DNA from: Anthoceros angustus
Taxonomy: Eukaryota > Plantae > Anthocerotophyta
Length of the DNA: 64,000 nucleotides
Direction of reading: 5' to 3'
NCBI GenBank assembly: GCA_010909165.1
Contig: MU008191.1
Coordinates: 62,001-126,000, forward strand
Of this stretch, positions 22,772 through 35,795 are shown piece by piece. A model generated the notes under the pieces. That model saw only the letters and a list, made by a program, of their open reading frames with translations, was not told where the DNA came from and ran no database searches. The translations under genes were made by a program, and so were the position numbers. The number at the start of each line of letters is the position of its first letter. Position 1 is the stretch's first letter.

Positions 22772-24282
22772 GAAAAGCTTGTTTGCTTGCAACAGCAATC
22801 CACACCACCTTCGTGGCGCCCTCAATTGGTGGTGCCGTCATAACAGCAGGAGGTGAAAGGATTCGTAGTCGATGCGTGGATCTGTGCGCTCATTGCCCTG
22901 TGCTTCTTGGTACAGCAGCAAATCTGTTCAGATGCTACTGTGTAATACGCCAGAGTTAATCATCCTTCATCCCAAAGGGTGTGTTAACAGCGTCTTATGG
23001 AGTTCCGGCTCCTGCTCCTTCCTTGCCGTGTGCTTGTATTGCACCGAGTTCGCTCGCTTGGATCCCTACGAGATAACAGGAATTGCGTCACCCTTATATC
23101 TTGGCGTAGGATGCAAGGTGATGTTCCCCAGCTATCAGCTATGGTGACAGTTGCTCGCACCCAGGCCGCATTCCTGCTTCCCGCGCCTGGTCTCCACACC
23201 GCTTCCACGTCCGCTTCGTCTTGCTGCGCTCTCCGGCGATAAATGATAGCTGCAGGTGGCAGGAGGAGAGCGTTGCTGCAGGCCAGGGCGTTCAGCGAGA
23301 CAGCACCGTCGGTGAGGGATCACATGCCCGCGCCCGGCCCTGCTTCAGCCTGGGAGACGAGTCTCCGCATTAACTCAGTCTGTCAGGAACTCAGTACCCA
23401 ATTCTGGAGCCTTGCGGTATTTCTATCTTCCCAAATGCTGCTTTTCGTGACGCAAACGAGTTCCAGTCAATCCTTCTGGCTTACAGCGCTGCCTCCTGGA
23501 TCTGACTTATAAGTATTTCAGAATGGCCTACCCACACTCGTACGAAGTTTATCAAAGGTTGGACACAGAGCAAGGAAGTGAGAAATACGCGTTACTGGGC
23601 ACCTTTCCTGAAGAACCAAGCGGATCCGAAATTGGGGATGCTTTCGAAGGGCGAACAAGGTACTAAACAGCTTCTCCAGTTACTCGGGTTGCATATCTGC
23701 TTGCTTTAGCTGCCAATCTGGCCTGTCCGCAATGAATATTATCTCTTGGGTGTTGTCTCACAGGACCAAAGCTACTCCTACGGGCTTCTGGTAAGTCTTG
23801 TGACCGGTGATATCATTTAAGCTTCAGTCTATATGTGTCGGGGGTATAAAATGGTTGGCTTACATATCATATCCTGATCATCCGCAGGGGTTTCCTGAGC
23901 AGCATTTTTTGAGAAAAGCTTGTTTGCTTGCAACAGCAATCCACACCACCTTCGTGGCGCCCTCAATTGGTGGTGCCGTCATAACAGCAGGAGGTGAAAG
24001 GATTCGTAGTCGATGCGTGGATCTGTGCGCTCATTGCCCTGTGCTTCTTGGTACAGCAGCAAATCTGTTCAGATGCTACTGTGTAATACGCCAGAGTTAA
24101 TCATCCTTCATCCCAAAGGGTGTGTTAACAGCGTCTTATGGAGTTCCGGCTCCTGCTCCTTCCTTGCCGTGTGCTTGTATTGCACCGAGTTCGCTCGCTT
24201 GGATCCCTACGAGATAACAGGAATTGCGTCACCCTTATATCTTGGCGTAGGATGCAAGGTGATGTTCCCCCAGCTATCAGCT

Positions 24283-26577
<2,295 letters not shown>

Positions 26578-27946
26578 CAAAACTGTACCAGCAATGATGC
26601 AGATGTACTACCACGCTGTGACACTGTGTTTGTCTTGGGACCGCCAGGCGCACTAGAGAAACCACAATACATACAGGTCACACTCCCTCACATACGGTCT
26701 TCGATTCAGATCCTTACACACTGTTCCCGGTGCGAGTGAATGCTTAGCTTTGATGTTGAACAACTCTCCCTCGCAACAACCCTGGCTTCGGTACACCAGA
26801 CTGCTTCTCACCTTGCCGTGCCGATTTGCTGCAGCATTAAGGCCTTCTGCATTAAGCCGCATCGCAGCGTCCAGAGCTCCAGATCTCACATCCACTCCGC
26901 CACCGACAGCCTCACCTTCGCAGCGTCCACTCAATGCGCGCCGCTGCAGAGCAGAAGTACACACATACTGACCATTCGTACTGCAACTGTCTGAGCCGAC
27001 TCGTTGATTGATGAGAGCGCGATGCATGCATGCCTGGCCAGTCGTGTGCGCAGATCTGAAGTTCCCAGGCTGCGCAGCTCGCTGTGGAGACGCAAACCTA
27101 GGCGACGCTGCTGCCATTTGGCAGCTCGCACATTGGCGCTGAGACGCGACTCCTCGTCGGGGAGACGTGAAGAAGGAAGAGGGACACATGGCAGATAGGC
27201 AGGCAGCAAGGCGAGCGAGTGGAAAGCACAGGGCTGGCGCGGGCCTTTTCTAATTGCAGGATATGCAGGTGATTGGCCTGGCGTGGATTTTCTGCATAAT
27301 GATATTTGCTCTGGTTTCGTTGGACTCGGTTAGAGCGACGTGAGGCAGGCAGGCGCTGGCCTATGCTGACCAGTGCCAGTGCCTTCTGTCGCCGGCATTG
27401 CTCCTGCTAGCATGCGCTAGTGCTAGTCCTGCAGCCTGCGCCGTCGGATCGCGCCGGCGGATGCCGAATCTTAGATGCATGAGTCGGAGCACTGCGGGAA
27501 GGGGAATCCGAGGTCGGTGTGAGCTGGAGCCCGCGGTGTGGTGGTAATTGGAGCAGGCGGGATTAGCAGGCTGGAGCTCTCAGTTGGGCAGTTCTAGCAA
27601 CTGGTGATCTGAGTGTGGAGCTGGGTGCAGAGCTGAATGCAGGACTGGGCGTGGCAGTGAGCTCTGGATTGAGGATTGAAGTGGGGGAAAGAGAGAGGGT
27701 GGGAGCACGGGGTGGAGGGCTTGGGTTGATTCGAGCGCGGGCACTAGGGGTTGCCAAGGCTTTTAGTTGACAGTTTGTACCTGTGCACAATTCAGGTTTT
27801 GCGATGAGGAATTGGCAGGCCCACAGACCGGTGAATGTGATCTATGTGATTGGAGAGGATTTTTAAGGTCCGCTTTTAAGGTGGATATTGGGAGCTTTTT
27901 GCTGTGAGGAAGAAATATACTCAGCAGGTGAGAAAGTGATTTTGCC

Positions 27947-28892
27947 ATGGATACCTCACATCCTCAAGTGCACCCAGTAGGTGTTCCGCCCATGCATCCT
28001 CCGGCCACAGTAAGGATGAAGGACCTGCCAGGAGCTGCCGGGACAAATGGAGGACTGGCTTTGAGGCTGGGTCAATTTGGATTTGCGGTTATTGCGTTTA
28101 CCCTCATGGTCACCACGCCGGATTTTTATAGTGTGACAGCCTTTTGGTACACCCCACATCCGTTTGCCTTCGTTTCTTTGCCGAATGTCGCCTGTTGGCG
28201 GCTTTTTATACTCATTAGTCTACTGTGAAGAACGTGGTTGCCAAGCACCGGGTGGATGGAAATTTGAAGCTTGCATTTTGTTTCCCCAAGCTTGTACTAG
28301 CTTCTGTTCAGCTTGGGTCGGGGCGAGAGCCACTGAAAGCTAGTCATTTATTCGACCTCCGTGCTGACAGACACCGACTGCTTCTGTGGTTGCAGCTATT
28401 TCGTGGCTGCCATGATATTACAATGCCTGTGGAGCCTGTCGCTGGCAATAATTGACGCATATGCCCTCCTGATCCAGAGAAGCCTTCGCAATTCACTTCT
28501 AGTCAGCCTGTTTGTTGTGGGCGACTGGGTAAGATTTCAACAACCATGGACCCTGCAGAGGAGTAGAGTGGGAGTGTGTTTTGTGGCATGAGTGGGTCTC
28601 GCCTATCCTAGACTGTGCAAGCCGTATTAGGTGAAAGCTTCAAGTACGGTTACAACTCCCGCAGATGTCCTTACGTTGTTTGATCTTTGTGTACCTGCAG
28701 ATAACGACAACTTTAACTTTTGCCGCTGCGTGTGCTACTGCTGGTATCACGGTGCTCATCGACAATGATTTGCGAGAGTGTGGTCCAAATTACTGTGGGA
28801 AGTATGAGGCTGCAGCCGCTATGGCTTTCTTGAGCTGGGGGATGATAACCATCTCATTCTTCTTGTCTTTTTGGCTGTTAGCAGTGAGATAG
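27947..28892 (+). CDS. CASPL5: CASP-like protein, CASPL5 group, 3 exons (27947-28146, 28396-28528, 28701-28892)
   Basis: SHPQVHPV, PGAAGTNGGLALRLGQ, DFYSVTAFCY, QCLWSLSLA, SLFVVGDW, TLTFAAACA.AGITVLIDND and C..YEAAAAMAFLSW; four-TM MARVEL-like topology. Confidence 0.95.
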
Positions 28893-29455
28893 CTTGAGGA
28901 ATTTACTTCCTTCCTTCTCTCGTAAGAAGCCTCAAAGTGCTCTGACCACACTCAGGGAGTCCAGCTGTATATGCAGTGGTCTGTGCTCTCCCTCTCAGCT
29001 GTTGGTACAAAAGGTCACGAGACACTCCTTCAAGTATGGAATCCGTTGAGAGGCTTTTGTGATGCTCCACAGACGTCCAAGTCTTACAGGCTGTGTGGCG
29101 TCTTCACCCTATCATACATTGAGGGTTCACTCGGTTTGCCCAAGTATACATGTACTAGATTTTGTTGTTTCGTCACAGATCTGATAGCGGGCAGAACAGT
29201 AGGTACATCGGATGGTGAGAAGGACACGGTAAGAAGGATATAACTTATATTGGGAAGCATTGCGGATGTGCTCAGGAGGATAAGTCTTGTGATGAAGCTG
29301 CCAAATTGTGTGCCACTCCAACGGTCTGGCGCAGGGATGTCATATAATGGGGATTGTCTTGCAACCTATCGCTTGTAGGGGATGATTCTACATAATTCTG
29401 CTGAGTATTTGTTGAGGGGGATTTGGTGAACACGTTCCTGGAAGGTAGCGTGGAC

Positions 29456-31711
29456 TCATTCTGTCAATACTGTTGCCGCTTGAGCCTCAAGTCTTCCGAA
29501 CCTTTCTTCTGCTTTCCTGTACTGGGCTTTGGAAATCACTTTAGCCACTTGATAGTAGCCAAATCGCCTACCAAAAGAAGCGGCTATATCCAGTACTCGA
29601 TTCCCGTCTTTGTTTCTGTAATGCCTATCAGCACCATGATTCAGCAAGCATAAAATAACATCCTTCCGTCCAGCCTGAACCGCAACATGCAAAGGAGTCC
29701 AGCCATCTTCATCCGGGCTGTTTACATAGACTCCCCTCTTCGTCAGCTTCTTGACGTTGTCCACAAACCCATTTTGGGCAGCATAGTGCAATAAGGTGGC
29801 CCCACGAGCATCCATCCCGAAGGGATTGGCACCGGCTTCGACCAGATGCTTTGCTGCCACAGGCTTCCCATAAACCACCGCTTTCCACAGAGCTGTGTGG
29901 CCATCTTTATCCAGAGCACCAAGGTCGATCCCACCTTGCCTTAGAATTTCACAGGCATGGAAGAGATTACCAGAAGCAACGAGAGTGTGAAGAAGCATCC
30001 ATTTCTCAGGAGTTGTCATGCCAAAACTTTTCACGCGATTCTGGTACAAGACTCTTTCCTCCGGTGTTGAGACCTGATCAAGCGTCGCCTGCTGCTCAGC
30101 AGACAGGGGGAAAAGTTTCACAATATCGTAGAAGTCCAAGGCCAGTGCAAACGATACGGCCAGGTCCACAGGCGTGCACCCATCTTTGTTCTGTAGATCA
30201 GACTGGGCCCCATACGTCAGAAAACGCCTTACCACATCTTTCCGGCCAGATTGCACAGCCACATGCAACGGTGTCCACCCATCGTTATCAGCAACGTTGG
30301 GGTCAAGTCTCAGCTTCAGCAGGTCCCTGGCTACATCAGACACGCCTGCTCTTGCAGCATAGTGTAGTAAGCCTGCTCCATCCTTGTCTAAAACCTCAGC
30401 ATTTGCACCCGCTTCTACAAGGACCTTCGCTGTGGTTCTCCGTCCATTGCACACAGCCCTGTGCAGAGCTGTCATGCCATCCTTGTCAAGCTCGTTGATA
30501 TCAATATCATATCTCAACAGCTGCTGCAAATTCATGTTCTTCTCCCAAGAAGCGGAGATGGTATGCAGCGGCTTCCACGCTTCCGACCCAGTCCTCAAGA
30601 AGTTTGGAGGCCGCTTCTTAAACAAGGCCTTCACAGCCTCCAGCTCGATCCCTGTCTCCAATCTTCCAGCCGGTCTTTGAACAGGGCCACGGCCCTCCGT
30701 GGATTCCACCTTCAACTCTTCCTCCTCCTTCACCCTCTTCACAACATCTGCAAAACTCCTATCCCCCAACGCTTCATACGGGTCTCTAGGCTTAGCTCTT
30801 TCGGTAGCCACAGGTCCCTTCGCAGAACCCACCACCCGCTCCTGACGTTGCCTGCCTGGTGTGCCACTTTCAGCATCGCTCCAGCCCTCGTCATCGGCAT
30901 CGCTGGTCTGCGAGTCCCCGACATCCCCAACCCTCGAGCCCCTCTTCTCCGAGCCCTCAACATCATCATCATCCTCATCCTCGTCCTCGAACCCGAAATC
31001 CTCTTCCCCACTCCCCGCGTCAGAAATGTCGCCTCCACTGCCCTGGACTGGAAACCTCAAATCAGGCCCGCCATCGTCGTCCGTAGCCTCTCCAGATAAA
31101 GCGACTCCGGAATCCCCGGTCTGAGGCAGGAATGTCCGGTGAGCAACCCCACCCTCTTGCTCATACAGCAAAGCCCTCTTCCTCGCCTGCTTCTCCTGAG
31201 CTGCCTTCACCAACGCGTCGATGTACTCCTTCTTCCGTACAGAACTGGACTTATGCCGCTCTGCCTGAGCAGGCTTCCATTCCTCGGGAATCAACACCTC
31301 CTTCTTCAACGTGCCAGGCCTCTCAATCCTCCACCCCGGCTTCCCCACCAGCGGAGCCACCCTCTTCCTGGGAGCCTGGAAAACATGCTCGAACATGTCG
31401 CTGTCGAGCAGGCCCTCCACCGCACCACCTCCTCCCTCCTCATCCCCGTAGGCAGACGATCGGCCTGCGGCTCTAACCAGCCCGAACTCTCCATGCCGCT
31501 CCGTCCGACGCCCACCCTTCCTCCTACAGCCCACCAAAATCCTACCGCCCACACAATTCCAATCGCCCACAAAATCCCTCCCACTCCAGCTCAATCGACC
31601 GTGCACGCACCGTCCTCTTCCCGAGACGGTAGCCTTGGAGGCGTCTTCCAGCCGCGCGATGCAGCTTGCAGAACGCACTGAACGCGAGAGAGGTGGCATC
31701 AACGACGCCAT
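29456..31711 (-). CDS. Intronless 751-aa plastid-type ankyrin protein with two EMB506/AKRP-like five-repeat modules
   Basis: Transit-peptide-like N-terminus, acidic linker, then WKPLHT...GWTPLHVAVQS...FYDIVKLF followed by WMLLHT...GWTPLHVAVQA...YYQVAKVI. Confidence 0.93.
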   Translation of the reverse strand: MASLMPPLSRSVRSASCIARLEDASKATVSGRGRCVHGRLSWSGRDFVGDWNCVGGRILVGCRRKGGRRTERHGEFGLVRAAGRSSAYGDEEGGGGAVEGLLDSDMFEHVFQAPRKRVAPLVGKPGWRIERPGTLKKEVLIPEEWKPAQAERHKSSSVRKKEYIDALVKAAQEKQARKRALLYEQEGGVAHRTFLPQTGDSGVALSGEATDDDGGPDLRFPVQGSGGDISDAGSGEEDFGFEDEDEDDDDVEGSEKRGSRVGDVGDSQTSDADDEGWSDAESGTPGRQRQERVVGSAKGPVATERAKPRDPYEALGDRSFADVVKRVKEEEELKVESTEGRGPVQRPAGRLETGIELEAVKALFKKRPPNFLRTGSEAWKPLHTISASWEKNMNLQQLLRYDIDINELDKDGMTALHRAVCNGRRTTAKVLVEAGANAEVLDKDGAGLLHYAARAGVSDVARDLLKLRLDPNVADNDGWTPLHVAVQSGRKDVVRRFLTYGAQSDLQNKDGCTPVDLAVSFALALDFYDIVKLFPLSAEQQATLDQVSTPEERVLYQNRVKSFGMTTPEKWMLLHTLVASGNLFHACEILRQGGIDLGALDKDGHTALWKAVVYGKPVAAKHLVEAGANPFGMDARGATLLHYAAQNGFVDNVKKLTKRGVYVNSPDEDGWTPLHVAVQAGRKDVILCLLNHGADRHYRNKDGNRVLDIAASFGRRFGYYQVAKVISKAQYRKAEERFGRLEAQAATVLTE

Positions 31712-31820
31712 CCTACTTCCCTCGATCTAGGACGGGACTGCATTTCTCGGCACATCGCCCGACTAGGGTTTCAATAGGGTTTAACACGATCCAAGGGGAA
31801 GACAGTTACAGCGCAGTGCG
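31712..31820. promoter_or_regulatory. Putative bidirectional promoter with two telo-boxes (TAGGGTTT at 31764-31771 and 31775-31782)
   Basis: Only 109 bp separate the divergent ATGs of the ankyrin and PRS genes; two AAACCCTA reverse complements are present. Confidence 0.65.
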
Positions 31821-33131
31821 ATGAAGGCCTTGTGTTCCCTGCGTCCCGGCGTCGGCCATCGCGTGCAGGAGGCTCATTGCGTGCAAGCATCGCAGGGCGT
31901 GCGGGGGCAGCATAGGCTGGACTCGGGCTCGGAAAGCGGACGCATTGGCGGGAGGAATGTGTGGTGCAACAGGCGTGTGGATGCGAGATGTGCTGTGCAG
32001 AGTTCGGCCGCAGCAGGCACGGCCCCTGGAACAGGAGCGGGGCCAGCTCCATCTGCGGCTGCTGCTGCTGCCGCGGCCGCGGCCGTAGGGAAGCTTCCGG
32101 GAGTGCCGATCTTGGGAGGGTTCGGGTCTCGGGCTTTGCAGGAGCTGGAAGCCCGGGAGCCATGTCCTGTAAACAGGTTGAGGATTTTCTCCGGCACGGC
32201 AAACAAGCAGCTGGCGCACGAGATTGCGGCCAGCATGGGGCTGGACTTGGGAGAGATCCTGATCAAGCGGTTTGCGGACGGGGAGATATATGTGCAGCTG
32301 CGGGAGAGCGTGCGAGGGTGTGATGTCTTCTTGGTGCAGCCGACTTGTCCCCCGGCCAATGAGAATTTGATGGAGCTTCTGGTGATGATCGATGCCTGCC
32401 GGCGGGCCTCTGCCAAAACGATCACGGCTGTCATTCCCTACTTCGGATACGCAAGGGCGGACCGCAAGGTGCAAGGTCGGGAGTCTATTGCGGCTAAGCT
32501 TGTGGCTAACCTGATCACGGAAGCTGGTGCTCATCGTGTGCTTGCTTGTGACCTACATTCTGGACAGTCGATCGGGTACTTCGACATCCCGGTTGATCAC
32601 GTCTATGGCCAGCCTGTGATTTTGGACTACCTGGCCAGCAAGATGCTGTCTGCGGACGACCTGGTGGTTGTGTCTCCTGACGTAGGGGGGGTTGCGAGGG
32701 CTAGGGCGTTCGCCAAGAAGCTATCCGACGCTCCCCTGGCCATTGTGGATAAGAGGAGGCAGGGCCATAATGTTGCCGAGGTGATGAACTTGATCGGTGA
32801 TGTCAGGGGAAAGGTTGCCGTCATGGTGGATGACATGATCGACACTGCTGGCACGATTTCGAACGGCGCTCACCTTCTGCACCAGGAAGGCGCCAGGGCA
32901 GTGTATGCTTGTGCTACTCACGCTGTGTTCAGCCCTCCTGCCATAGAGAAGCTCTCGGGAGGCCTCTTCCAAGAAGTGATCATCACTAACACAATACCAG
33001 TCAGGGAAGAGAACTATTTCCCACAATTGACGGTCCTGTCTGTAGCCAACCTCCTTGGGGAGACTATCTGGCGGGTGCACGATGACTGCACCACTGGCTT
33101 CCTCCGCCATTCCAGCCTGGATATCGACTGA
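31821..33131 (+). CDS. PRS: Ribose-phosphate pyrophosphokinase (class I PRPP synthetase), plastid-type, intronless, 436 aa
   Basis: LRIFSGTAN, RFADGEIYVQ, VIPYFGYARADRK, DLHSGQ, VSPDVGGVARA, VDDMIDTAGTI, HAVFS; Ala-rich transit-peptide-like N-terminus. Confidence 0.97.
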   Translation: MKALCSLRPGVGHRVQEAHCVQASQGVRGQHRLDSGSESGRIGGRNVWCNRRVDARCAVQSSAAAGTAPGTGAGPAPSAAAAAAAAAAVGKLPGVPILGGFGSRALQELEAREPCPVNRLRIFSGTANKQLAHEIAASMGLDLGEILIKRFADGEIYVQLRESVRGCDVFLVQPTCPPANENLMELLVMIDACRRASAKTITAVIPYFGYARADRKVQGRESIAAKLVANLITEAGAHRVLACDLHSGQSIGYFDIPVDHVYGQPVILDYLASKMLSADDLVVVSPDVGGVARARAFAKKLSDAPLAIVDKRRQGHNVAEVMNLIGDVRGKVAVMVDDMIDTAGTISNGAHLLHQEGARAVYACATHAVFSPPAIEKLSGGLFQEVIITNTIPVREENYFPQLTVLSVANLLGETIWRVHDDCTTGFLRHSSLDID

Positions 33132-33703
33132 GGTGTTTGTTTGTCTGCCATGGCCTCTATACTTCCACTGAGGAGTGAGCAAGCATGGTTACTGCTGGGA
33201 GATGTCGGAAGACTCGTTGCATTTTGCTGTCCTTGTGACGGGAGCTGTGACCTTGGGGAGGACTGATCAACCGGATTCTCCTGTTAGGCAAACAGAGGTT
33301 CCGCACCAGCAGATCGATGTAAGAGAGCAGAGGGTGTAAATATGTTCGCAACATAGGCATATGTGTAAGGTCAGTCCACGCTCCCTGAAGCGTTCGGGTT
33401 CTCCTCCTTGCGGGTTCCTCCTCCTTGATTTATTATGGATTTAAACGGGTTAATTTAACACCCACGCCATTAGATTCATCCCAGCGTGGCCGGCCCGGCC
33501 GTGCCGCCCTTCGGCATCCTTATCCACCGATCCAACGGTGGCTTCGACGACGTTGCCTAGGTGCGTGCTCCTGGGCTTGGCATGGCCCAGTGGCGCGCCG
33601 CTCTTTGCAGCTCTGCTTCCGGCTCTCGCGCGTCTTCGTCCTCGATCGTGACTGCGGCAGTAGCAGTGGCAGGTGCAGGAGGCCCAGGACTGCGTCTTTT
33701 GCT

Positions 33704-35795
33704 TCGCCTGCTTCTCCTGAGCTGCCTTCACCAACGCGTCGATGTACTCCTTCTTCCGTACAGAACTGGACTTATGCCGCTCTGCCTGAGCAGGCTTCCA
33801 TTCCTCGGGAATCAACACCTCCTTCTTCAACGTGCCAGGCCTCTCAATCCTCCACCCCGGCTTCCCCACCAGCGGAGCCACCCTCTTCCTGGGAGCCTGG
33901 AAAACATGCTCGAACATGTCGCTGTCGAGCAGGCCCTCCACCGCACCACCTCCTCCTCCTCATCCCCGTAGGCAGACGATCGGCCTGCGGCTCTAACCAG
34001 CCCGAACTCTCCATGCCGCTCCGTCCGACGCCCACCCTTCCTCCTACAGCCCACCAAAATCCTACCGCCCACACACAATTCCAATCGCCCACAAAATCCC
34101 TCCCACTCCAGCTCAATCGACCGTGCACGCACCGTCCTCTTCCCGAGACGGTAGCCTTGGAGGCGTCTTCCAGCCGCGCGATGCAGCTTGCAGAACGCAC
34201 TGAACGCGAGAGAGGTGGCATCAACGACGCCATCCTACTTCCCTCGATCTAGGACGGGACTGCATTTCTCGGCACATCGCCCGACTAGGGTTTCAATAGG
34301 GTTTAACACGATCCAAGGGGAAGACAGTTACAGCGCAGTGCGATGAAGGCCTTGTGTTCCCTGCGTCCCGGCGTCGGCCATCGCGTGCAGGAGGCTCATT
34401 GCGTGCAAGCATCGCAGGGCGTGCGGGGCAGCATAGGCTGGACTCAGGCTCGGAAAGCGGACGCATTGGCGGGAGGAATGTGGTGCAACAGGCGTGTGGA
34501 TGCGAGATGTGCTGTGCAGAGTTCGGCCGCAGCAGGCACGGCCCCTGGAACAGGAGCGGGGCCAGCTCCATCTGCGGCTGCTGCTGCTGCCGCGGCCGCG
34601 GCCGTAGGGAAGCTTCCGGGAGTGCCGATCTTGGGAGGGTTCGGGTCTCGGGCTTTGCAGGAGCTGGAAGCCCGGGAGCCATGTCCTGTAAACAGGTTGA
34701 GGATTTTCTCCGGCACGGCAAACAAGCAGCTGGCGCACGAGATTGCGGCCAGCATGGGGCTGGACTCAGGCTCGGAAAGCGGACGCATTGGCGGGAGGAA
34801 TGTGGTGCAACAGGCGTGTGGATGCGAGATGCTGTCTGCGGACGACCTGGTGGTTGTGTCTCCTGACGTAGGGGGTTGCGAGGGCTAGGGCGTTCGCCAA
34901 GAAGCTATCCGACGCTCCCCTGGCCATTGTGGATAAGAGGAGGCAGGGCCATAATGTTGCCGAGGTGATGAACTTGATCGGTGATGTCTTCTTGGTGCAG
35001 CCGACTTGTCCCCCGGCCATAGAGAAGCTCTCGGGAGGCCTCTTCCAAGAAGTGATCATCACTAACACAATACCAGTCAGGAAGAGAACTATTTCCCACA
35101 ATTGACGGTCCTGTCTGTAGCCAACCTCCTTGGGGAGACTATCTGGCGGGTGCACGATGACTGCACCACTGGCTTCCTCCGCCATTCCAGCCTGGATATC
35201 GACTGAGGTGTTTGTTTGTCTGCCATGGCCTCTATACTTCCACTGAGGAGTGAGCAAGCATGGTTACTGCTGGGAGATGTCGGAAGACTCGTTGCATTTT
35301 TGCTGTCCTTGTGACGGGAGCTGTGACCTTGGGGAGGACTGATCAACCGGATTCTCCTGTTAGGCAAACAGAGGTTCCGCACCAGCAGATCGATGTAAGA
35401 GAGCAGAGGGTGTAAATATGTTCGCAACATAGGCATATGTGTAAGGTCAGTCCACGCTCCCTGAAGCGTTCGGGTTCTCCTCCTTGCGGGTTCCTCCTCC
35501 TTGATTTATTATGGATTTAAACGGGTTAATTTAACACCCACACGCCATTAGATTCATCCCAGCGTGGCCGGCCCGGCCGTGCCGCCCTTCGGCATCCTTA
35601 TCCACCGATCCAACGGTGGCTTCGACGACGTTGCCTAGGTGCGTGCTCCTGGGCTTGGCATGGCCCAGTGGCGCGCCGCTCTTTGCAGCTCTGCTTCCGG
35701 CTCTCGCGCGTCTTCGTCCTCGATCGTGACTGCGGCAGTAGCAGTGGCAGGTGCAGGAGGCCCCGGGACTGCGTCTTTTGCTTCGCCTGCTTCTC
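33704..35795. repeat. Scrambled duplicate of 31183-33716 (ankyrin 5' part, promoter, PRS, cysteine synthase exon 1) joined at short microhomologies
   Basis: TCGCCTGCTTCTC occurs at 31183, 33704 and 35783. Internal jumps at GGCTGGACT (~34758), AGATG (~34827), GTGATGTC (~34981) and GCCA (~35016). Confidence 0.9.

Noticed and set aside
27360-27500. Short palindromic stretches considered as a miRNA hairpin
   Set aside because: No extended stem and no match to conserved plant miRNAs that I recognise.
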